Shown: positions 56,709 through 64,000 of the stretch, in pieces
Layout: each line of letters starts with the position of its first letter
Position numbering within the stretch: the first letter of the stretch is position 1
Assembly (NCBI GenBank): GCA_963775245.1
Contig: CAVZID010000037.1
Coordinates: forward strand, 3,175 to 67,174
Reading direction: 5' to 3'
Origin: an uncultured Bacteroidota bacterium
GTDB taxonomy: Bacteria; Bacteroidota; Ignavibacteria; Ignavibacteriales; Ignavibacteriaceae
DNA length: 64,000 nucleotides
Made by a program: the position numbers and the translations under genes
Notes under the pieces: generated by a model
Database searches by the model: none
What the model was told of the DNA's origin: nothing
The model's input: the letters and a program-made list of their open reading frames with translations, nothing else

Positions 56709-57861
56709 TTATTGAGTATTGTCTTTCACATTTTTTAATTCATTAACAACAATATTAATTTCTTCTTTAGTATTATAAAAATGTGGTGCAAATCTCACAA
56801 TGCCTTCTCTTACCGCCCCAATATTTTTTTATTTTTTAATTGGTCAAATAACTTTTGTGAATTTTCATGTTTAAATGAAACTATACCTCCAATATTTTGT
56901 TCTTCACAATTTATTAGAAAAGATTTTATTCCAATTTTATCAAGCTCATTAATAAAATATTTTGAATTTGAAATAACTGTCTCTTCAATTTCATCATTTC
57001 CAAATTCACTGAACAATTTTAAGGAGGCATTCAAAGCATAAATACCTATTGTATTTACGGTTCCGGTTTGCAATGTATCTGCGTTTTCTTTTAATGTTAA
57101 TTTATAGTCCAATAGATTCCATGCATTCTTAACTGATTGCCAACCGGCATACTTTGGAATAAGTTTTTCCTGGAGATTTTTAGATATATAAATAAAACCT
57201 AACCCCTGCAATCCCATTAACCATTTTTGAGTGCCGCAGGAAATATAATCAATATTATCTTTTTGAATATCAAGCCCAATTGCGCCTAATCCTTGAATAG
57301 CATCTACACAAAATATAATTTTATTTTCCTTACAAAATTCTCCCAATTTTTGAAGATCAATTCTGTAGCCGGTTAAAAATTGAACCTGACTGACTGAAAT
57401 TAATTTTGTAGCGGGTTTTACGTTTTCAATAATATCATCAGCTGTAACAATCCCATCATGTGATTTAACAAAATCAATTGCGACACCATCTCTTTCTAAA
57501 TTTAAAAAAGGATAAACATTTGCAGGGAACTCGATATCATTTAATAATATTCTATCACCTTTCTTCCACTGAATTCCTTGCGCAAGAATGTTTAATCCGT
57601 TTGTAGTATTATCAACAAATGCAATTCTATCCAAGTGGTATTAATTAATTTTGCCAGCTCCATTTTTGTGTCTTCAAATACTTTTAACATTGAAGTAAAA
57701 TCATCTATATTAGATTCGCTTTTTTGTTTTACAAGTTCTTTTATAGCTTCAGATACTTTTATTGAAATGGGGCTTGTTGCAGCGTGATTAAAATATACTA
57801 TTCCATTGGACAAATAAGGGAAATAGCTTCTAGCTTTTTTAATTTGATTATCGCTTAACAT
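56709..57861 (-). pseudogene. class V aminotransferase (cysteine desulfurase-like, ~384 aa) interrupted by two frameshifts
   Basis: The N-terminal piece reads YFNHAATSP. The middle piece ends ...LKNKKILGR*. My translation of the third frame gives NIGAVREGIVRFAPHFYNTKEEINIVVNELKNVKDNTQ*, the conserved C-terminus. The junctions are at ~57633-57637 and at the T7 run 56824-56830. Confidence 0.85.
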
Positions 57862-57982
57862 GATTAGCCGATTTTTTTTATTTTTGAAATTATAAACAAT
57901 AATAATTAGATTTTATCACACAATCTAATTTTACGTCGGTGAAAAAATTCACTTTTTACAAACATGAACCACAGGTAAATTA

Positions 57983-60442
57983 ATGACAAAACCCCGCAGC
58001 ACAAAACCAAGAGAGCTCAAAAGTAATGAACTTAGATGGAATTGTGACCCCAAAATTTTTGATTTTGAATCAACCAAAGACCTCGAACCCCTGGAAGGAA
58101 TACTTGGGCAAGAGCGTGCATTAAAAGCAATCAAACTGGGAGTAGAAATAAAAAGCCCCGGATATAATATTTATATTGCCGGCTTATCAGGTTCCGGCAA
58201 AGCTTCTTCTGTAAAAGAAATTCTGGAAAGGGTATCCAGCGAATGTTCACCGCTTAAGGATTATGCTTATGTAAATAATTTTAAAGACAGTGACAGGCCA
58301 ATTCTTTTAACTTTCGATTGCGGTAAAGCAAAGCTATTCAAACATGTACTTGGATCTTCAATTGAAATTCTTAAGCAAAGAATTCCCCAATCATTGGATA
58401 ATGAAGTTTTTGTTAATCGTAAAAAGAAAATAGTTGAACAATATAATCAAAAGGAACATGAGCTTTTTGGAAGCTTTGAAGAAAAGCTTAGCAAAGAAAA
58501 ATTCTCTCTGGGCCAAATTAAAGTTGGTGAGGTTGTTCGGCCGGATCTATTCCCTGTGATAGATAGTAATCCAATCCCAATTTACCAGATTGATGACAAA
58601 ATAAAAGAAGGAAAAATTACAAAAGAGGAAGCTGAAGAAGTTGTTAAAAAATATAAATCGCATCAACAGGAACTTCAAGTTATTTTTAAAAAAGGATTAA
58701 AGCTCAGCCAGGAGTTCCAACAAAAACTTTCAAATATTGAAAAAGAAACAGTTGAAATAGTTGTTAAAAGTGTTATTGAAAATTTAAAAGATGAATATAA
58801 GGATGAAAAAATAATTGAATACCTTAACCAGGTTGAAGGAGATATTTTAGATAATATTCAAATCTTTAAAGGATTAAAACCAGAACAAGCAGCTACTGAA
58901 GATGGGCTTTTAGTCGATTACTTTAAAGTATATGAAATTAATATTATCCTCGACAATTCCGAAACAAAACAATGCCCGGTTATAATTGAAACTTCGCCAT
59001 CATTTACAAATATTTTTGGAACTATAGAAAAGATAAACGACGGCAGAGGCGGGTGGTATACTGACTTTACAAAAATTAAGGCTGGTTCATTGTTAAGGGC
59101 TAATAACGGATTTTTAGTTATAAATGTAAACCATCTTTTAGAAGAACCAGGCGTATGGCGCATACTGAAAAGAGTTTTAAGCTATAGGAAATTAGAGATA
59201 CAGGAGTCGCCTACTTATTTTCAAGTCGCTTCTACAATGATAAAACCAGAACCAATACAAATTGACGCAAAAATAATTTTAATTGGTAGTCAATATATCT
59301 ATTCCATGCTTTCAAACTATGAATATGATTTTAAAAAAATATTTAAAGTGAAAGCAGACTTTGACTATGAAATTAAAAGGAATGATGAGGTTCTGGTTAA
59401 GTATGCTCAGGTTGTAAAAAAATTAATTACAGACGAAGGGTTGCTAGAATTTGATAATACAGCTATTGCAACTTTAATCGAAATATCTGCTAGGTATGCG
59501 GGACAAAAAGATAAATTAACTACACGCTTTTCACAAATAGCCGACTTAGCTCGTGAAGCTAGCTTCTGGGCTAAGGATGATGGATTCAAAGTTGTTAGTG
59601 ATGCTCATATTAGAAAAGCCTTCGCTTCTGCAAAAGACAGGCATGGAATGCTGGAATCAAAAATTACTGATATGCTTACAGAAGAAACTATTTTAATTGA
59701 CACCGAAGGTGAACGGATTGGCCAAATAAACGGACTGGCTGTTTACAATGCCGACTTTTATTCTTTTGGAAGGCCAACCAGAATTACGGCTACGGTTTCT
59801 CTAGGAGGCGGAAGCATTATCAATGTTGAACGTGAAGCAGGAATGAGCGGCAGGCATTATAACAAAGGTGTACTTATTATCTCCGGTTATTTCCGTGAAA
59901 CTTTTGGACAGGATCAGCCCTTATCATTTAATGCAAATCTTGTGTTCGAACAATCTTACGGTACTGTTGACGGCGACAGTGCTTCGTGTGCAGAAATTTT
60001 TGCGCTGGTTTCCACTTTAGCCGGACTCCCTATTAAGCAATCTATTGCGGTTACAGGTTCTTTAAATCAAAAAGGTGATGTGCAGCCAATTGGCGGAGTA
60101 AACGAAAAGATAGAAGGATTTTATGATGTATGCAAAGCAAAGAAATTAACCGGCAAACAAGGCGTTATTATGCCTATTCAAAATATAAAAGATTTAATGC
60201 TGCGTGAAGATATTATTGAAGCAGTTGAAAAAGGAGTATTCCACATTTACCCGATTGAAAGAGTAGAAGAAGGAATTGAAATTTTAACCGGGGTTAAAAG
60301 CGGCAAGAGGCTTCCCAAAGGTGGTTACCCTGAAGGAAGTGCATTTGATTTAGTCGAGAAAAAAATCAAAGATTTATATAGAAAGTCGCGCGCTACAAAA
60401 CTGTTAAATAATAACGGCAGCCGCAAGAAAAGGAAAAAATGA
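57983..60442 (+). CDS. Lon-like protease of the YcbZ/LonC type (AAA_32-like N-domain with a helical insertion + Lon S16 protease domain)
   Basis: It has Walker A GLSGSGKAS, and the protease domain shows the GDSASCAE catalytic Ser context and the GGVNEKIEGF Lys context. Confidence 0.8.
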   Translation: MTKPRSTKPRELKSNELRWNCDPKIFDFESTKDLEPLEGILGQERALKAIKLGVEIKSPGYNIYIAGLSGSGKASSVKEILERVSSECSPLKDYAYVNNFKDSDRPILLTFDCGKAKLFKHVLGSSIEILKQRIPQSLDNEVFVNRKKKIVEQYNQKEHELFGSFEEKLSKEKFSLGQIKVGEVVRPDLFPVIDSNPIPIYQIDDKIKEGKITKEEAEEVVKKYKSHQQELQVIFKKGLKLSQEFQQKLSNIEKETVEIVVKSVIENLKDEYKDEKIIEYLNQVEGDILDNIQIFKGLKPEQAATEDGLLVDYFKVYEINIILDNSETKQCPVIIETSPSFTNIFGTIEKINDGRGGWYTDFTKIKAGSLLRANNGFLVINVNHLLEEPGVWRILKRVLSYRKLEIQESPTYFQVASTMIKPEPIQIDAKIILIGSQYIYSMLSNYEYDFKKIFKVKADFDYEIKRNDEVLVKYAQVVKKLITDEGLLEFDNTAIATLIEISARYAGQKDKLTTRFSQIADLAREASFWAKDDGFKVVSDAHIRKAFASAKDRHGMLESKITDMLTEETILIDTEGERIGQINGLAVYNADFYSFGRPTRITATVSLGGGSIINVEREAGMSGRHYNKGVLIISGYFRETFGQDQPLSFNANLVFEQSYGTVDGDSASCAEIFALVSTLAGLPIKQSIAVTGSLNQKGDVQPIGGVNEKIEGFYDVCKAKKLTGKQGVIMPIQNIKDLMLREDIIEAVEKGVFHIYPIERVEEGIEILTGVKSGKRLPKGGYPEGSAFDLVEKKIKDLYRKSRATKLLNNNGSRKKRKK

Positions 60443-61878
60443 AAACAAACCTGAACAGCATATTTGCTAAAACAAAGATACTTTGCACATTAGGGCCAGC
60501 TACTATTTCAACAGAAGAAATAAAGAGTCTAATTTTATCGGGAATGGATGGGGCAAGATTAAATTTCTCACATGGCAACTACGATTTTTATGAAAAAGTA
60601 TTTGAAAATATAAATCAAGCTTGTAAAGAAACAGAATCTCCCTTAGCAATTCTTTTGGATTTGCAAGGTCCTAAAATACGTATTGGTGAATTATCGGAAG
60701 ATGAAATAGAAATTGAAACCGGCGGGGAAATTGAGATTACAATTGATGATGTTAAAGGAACAAAAGGAAAAATATCAACTTCGTATAAACAGCTTGTAGC
60801 CGACTGTAAAATAAATGAAATAATACTTATAGATGATGGTTTAATAAAACTTAAAATCATCAAAAAGAAAAAAAGCTCAATTGGTTGTTTAATAGAAAAC
60901 GGCGGGGTTCTTCATTCTAAAAAAGGAATGAATCTACCAGGAATGCAACTGTCAACTCCTTCAGTTACTGAAAAAGATTACCATGACCTTGAATTCGCAT
61001 TAAAGCACCGCATAGATTACATAGCACTTTCATTTGTTAGATCTGCGAATGATATTAAATTATTAAGAGAATGGTTGAAGAAGAATAATTTTTCAATCCC
61101 TATAATTGCAAAGATAGAAAAGAAAGAAGCCGTGGATGATTTCGATAATATACTTGATGTTGCTGATGGAATTATGGTTGCCCGCGGTGATTTAGGTGTT
61201 GAGCTTCCTCCTCAAGACGTGCCGATTATTCAAAAACAAATTATAAAAAAATGCAACTCAGTTGGAAAGCTTGTAATCACTGCCACACAAATGCTTGAAT
61301 CAATGATTCATAATCCAATTCCTACAAGAGCTGAAGCATCTGATGTAGCAAATGCCGTTTGGGATGGAACCGATGTCGTAATGTTAAGCGGCGAAACTTC
61401 TGTAGGAAAATACCCATTTAAAGCAGTACATATAATGAACGATATTATAAAAAATGCTGAAGTTCATATTCCCGAACCAAAGCACACTGATTTTAAAATT
61501 CCTGCCAGCATTGAAGAAAATCTTTTTGATGCTGTTGGAAGAGCTGTAACCGAAATGAGTAAGCAAATAAATGCTGCAGCTATCGTTGCCTTCACATCAA
61601 AAGGAAGAACAGCAACCAACTTAGCCAAATTTAGGCCAAATGCTAAAATCATTGCGTTATCAGACAGCTTTGAAACAATGAACAAGCTCTGTCTTCGTTG
61701 GGGAGTGATTTCTGTTTACCTAGAAGATTTGAAAAAAGAAAATCTTGTAATTGATAAAGCAAAAAAGCTAATAGTTGAAAATGAACTTGTTAAAGAAGGC
61801 GATGTTGTTGTGTTTACTGCTGGGGCTCCTTATTCTGAAAAGAATAGAAGTAATTGGTTAAAGTTTGAAGTGATATAA
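60439..61878 (+). CDS. pyk: pyruvate kinase
   Basis: TKILCTLGPA, ARLNFSHG, MVARGDLGVE and TQMLESM are canonical pyruvate kinase motifs. The start overlaps the Lon-like stop in ATGA. Confidence 0.95.
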   Translation: MKTNLNSIFAKTKILCTLGPATISTEEIKSLILSGMDGARLNFSHGNYDFYEKVFENINQACKETESPLAILLDLQGPKIRIGELSEDEIEIETGGEIEITIDDVKGTKGKISTSYKQLVADCKINEIILIDDGLIKLKIIKKKKSSIGCLIENGGVLHSKKGMNLPGMQLSTPSVTEKDYHDLEFALKHRIDYIALSFVRSANDIKLLREWLKKNNFSIPIIAKIEKKEAVDDFDNILDVADGIMVARGDLGVELPPQDVPIIQKQIIKKCNSVGKLVITATQMLESMIHNPIPTRAEASDVANAVWDGTDVVMLSGETSVGKYPFKAVHIMNDIIKNAEVHIPEPKHTDFKIPASIEENLFDAVGRAVTEMSKQINAAAIVAFTSKGRTATNLAKFRPNAKIIALSDSFETMNKLCLRWGVISVYLEDLKKENLVIDKAKKLIVENELVKEGDVVVFTAGAPYSEKNRSNWLKFEVI

Positions 61879-62102
61879 CCTTGAGAAAGCAGATATTAAT
61901 GATTTATATGAATATTAAAATTGGCAAGATAATAATTTTTATCTAATATCATATACGCTCAAGTCCAGTAATAATAAGAATTGACAACTGGATATACAAT
62001 ATAGCGTATTTTAATTTTCAGTGCGTTGATTTATTAACAATATAGCATTAAGCTTTTAGATTTTTGACTGACAATTAAAAGACTGTTATAAAAGGAAAAA
62101 AT

Positions 62103-63302
62103 TTAATAATAATTATTTTTAAAATAATTATTAAGCCTAGTTTTATTTGCCTTACGAATTTTTGAATGCCCTAATTCATTTATGGTAACCTCGAACAATG
62201 TAATTAAATCTGTTCTATCATAAAAGTATTTGCTATGTGTTGTAAAAAAGAATTGATTTATTGTTGCCTTGTCTATTTCATCATTTATAAATTTAATTAA
62301 TTCAAGTTGATATAAAGGGGATAGATTCAATTCTAATTCTTCTATTAAAATTATCTTTGAACTGCTACTAAAGATATTAATTAAAATATAAATAAGTTGT
62401 TGTATTCCAGAACCATAGTTGATAAGCGGATATCGATTCCCTTTACCATTCTTCAGCATTAGCTCATATTTATTATTAAATTTTGTAAATCCAATTTCTG
62501 GCTTTTCGAGAGGGGAATTTAACAAATGTTGTTTTAATATTTCGATACCTTGATCCTTCACTTTAAAAGAACCGATTGATGATAAAAGGCTCATAAAGTT
62601 TTCATATTCATAAAGATAGAGGGAAAATAATGAATCCTTAAACAAATCAGGTTTTAGATAATTACTATAATTTATATCTTCATTATTTGGCATTTCTTTA
62701 GTATTCAAAGAATCATTTGTAGGTATTCTGTTACTATCTAGAAATAAAACGCAATCATTTAATTCTTTTAAGATAAAATAAAATTGTTCTTGTGAAAGAT
62801 TATTATACCCAGGGAAATAATCACCTTCTTGGAATATGACTTTGTTATTCATTTGAACTTCTTTTAACTCTATCCTTGAAGTTGTTTTATTGGTAGCTAC
62901 AAATTGGCCATTAATAAAAATGTTTGAATAATCCTTATTTGGTATTGTAATTTTTTCTTCTTTTAGTTCTTCTATTAAAGGAATTTCATTATTATTTAAC
63001 TCAAGAGTTATATCGAATTCAATTGGAGAGTCAATATTATTATTAAAAAAAATATACGGAAGATTACTAACTTCCCCTTCCCAGAAATTAGTTAGGTTCG
63101 TAACCTGTCTCCGATTCTCTTCCGAATTTACTTTCACTTGTTGTCCATAAGTTTTAGACTGGAATACTAGACTGAGAAACTTTAGCATATTTGATTTTCC
63201 GCTATTATTAAGACCAAATATCATATTAATATTTCCAAATTTAGAAGCTGGGAAATCGTACAAGCTTTTAAAATTTTTAATATAAAAAGATTTTATTTTC
63301 AT
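62103..63302 (-). CDS. ABC/SMC-like AAA ATPase (AAA_15/AAA_21-type, as found in many anti-phage systems)
   Basis: The N-terminus IKNFKSLYD...NMIFGLNNSGKSNMLKFL is a Walker A. There is a signature-like GSGIQQLI, a Walker B ILIEELELNLSP and a TTHS H-loop. Confidence 0.75.
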   Translation of the reverse strand: MKIKSFYIKNFKSLYDFPASKFGNINMIFGLNNSGKSNMLKFLSLVFQSKTYGQQVKVNSEENRRQVTNLTNFWEGEVSNLPYIFFNNNIDSPIEFDITLELNNNEIPLIEELKEEKITIPNKDYSNIFINGQFVATNKTTSRIELKEVQMNNKVIFQEGDYFPGYNNLSQEQFYFILKELNDCVLFLDSNRIPTNDSLNTKEMPNNEDINYSNYLKPDLFKDSLFSLYLYEYENFMSLLSSIGSFKVKDQGIEILKQHLLNSPLEKPEIGFTKFNNKYELMLKNGKGNRYPLINYGSGIQQLIYILINIFSSSSKIILIEELELNLSPLYQLELIKFINDEIDKATINQFFFTTHSKYFYDRTDLITLFEVTINELGHSKIRKANKTRLNNYFKNNYY

Positions 63303-63304
63303 TT

Positions 63305-64000
63305 TTAACCTATGTAATCTTTAAATGTATTTAAAATATCTTCATTTATTTTACTAAATGATTGACGATCTATAATATGTTTTTCTAGATTCAATGTTAA
63401 AATAAGATGAAACCTAAAAAATACATCAGTGTATTTTTTACCTTTAAATAAAGGATAGTTTTTATTTATTACAATTTTTTTGTTTCTTATTATTAAAGCC
63501 GGGAATTCACTATTTTCATACTCCCAGCTATCTAATTCAAGGTTATAATTAATCTTGCCAAAATCTAATTTGCGCTGAAACTGTTCATCATCTTTAGAAA
63601 TTACAATTGTTTTATTTTCTTTGTTTACCTGCACCGGTTCTTCATTTTTATTTAGCTCTCTTCTTATTACTTTAAATCCTCTATCTTGAAGCTTGTTTAT
63701 TTTTTGTAACGTATTTTTTGAATCAATTGATTTCAAATCTTTAAGTCGGTCAACTTGCTTTACTTCCTTAGAAAAAGTATTTATATCATAAGTTTGAGTT
63801 GCAAGGTTGACAAGTCTGTTTCTAAAATATTCTTTAAGTTTTTCATAATCCTCATCATAATTAAATTTATCTCGGTCTAGTGAAATTAAATCATTTAAGC
63901 CTTCAATAATATTTATATCACCAGTAAGATGGGTTAAACTTGCTCGTGTACCCGATTCTGTTCCTGCACCAAATGTATCTCTTTGACCAACACCAACATT
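63305..64000 (-). CDS. C-terminal part (>=231 codons) of an unknown protein truncated by the window edge and operonic with the AAA ATPase
   Basis: I translated the frame by hand and it is open from 64000 (NVGVGQRDTFGAGTESGTRASL...) to the stop at 63305. The track start at 63736 is an internal TTG. The gap to the downstream gene is 2 nt. Confidence 0.5.
   Translation of the reverse strand, partial: NVGVGQRDTFGAGTESGTRASLTHLTGDINIIEGLNDLISLDRDKFNYDEDYEKLKEYFRNRLVNLATQTYDINTFSKEVKQVDRLKDLKSIDSKNTLQKINKLQDRGFKVIRRELNKNEEPVQVNKENKTIVISKDDEQFQRKLDFGKINYNLELDSWEYENSEFPALIIRNKKIVINKNYPLFKGKKYTDVFFRFHLILTLNLEKHIIDRQSFSKINEDILNTFKDYIG

Noticed and set aside
57983-60442. Lon-like protease as a BREX BrxL-type defence component
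   Set aside because: There are no PglX, PglZ, BrxA, BrxB or BrxC genes nearby, the gene is translationally coupled to pyk, and the domain layout fits the housekeeping YcbZ/LonC type.
1-64000. Search by eye for CRISPR arrays, rRNA or tRNA genes, transposases, integrases and long direct repeats
   Set aside because: I saw no regularly spaced direct repeats, no tRNA-like cloverleaf or GTTCGAATC-type T-arm in intergenic regions, and no recombinase-like ORFs. An exhaustive scan with tRNAscan-SE, Infernal and a CRISPR finder is still needed to be certain.

Overview
AT-rich chromosomal window (about one-third GC by eye) with about 55 protein genes. I found no rRNA, tRNA, CRISPR array, transposase or integrase. 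The gene content suggests an FCB-group bacterium, most plausibly Ignavibacteria-like (inference only): GldC, a T9SS C-terminal sorting domain on an S8 protease, an S46 peptidase, doubled-CXXCH multihaem cytochromes, and a LiaF-like/LytS/LytTR module. Most of the window is housekeeping: ppk, apbC/nifU-like genes, a SurA/PpiD-like chaperone block, metG, a peptidoglycan-recycling cluster, cydAB, PMM, a Lon-like protease and pyk. Six things stand out. (1) A minus-strand operon at 20.0-27.0 kb carries 38 CXXCH plus 1 CX3CH haem-c motifs in three proteins, together with two dihaem cytochrome-b modules, one fused and one separate. It combines a CbcL-like and an ImmcH-type (ImcH-like) architecture in one locus. 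(2) An XRE-ImmA/IrrE plus DUF4411 (PIN-like) two-gene cassette sits at 54.4-56.05 kb. (3) An AT-rich two-gene locus at 62.1-64.0 kb pairs an ABC/AAA_15-21-type ATPase with an upstream gene cut by the window edge. This is a candidate defence system. (4) A very AT-rich 1.7-kb island at 48.2-49.9 kb holds tiny same-strand membrane ORFs with no recognisable family. (5) cydAB is split by a terminator-like hairpin plus a consensus promoter, and two long REP/MITE-like palindromic elements are present. (6) At least 7 single-base frame disruptions occur in otherwise conserved genes. Four fall in homopolymer runs and would be repaired by adding one base, so assembly error must be excluded before calling them pseudogenes.
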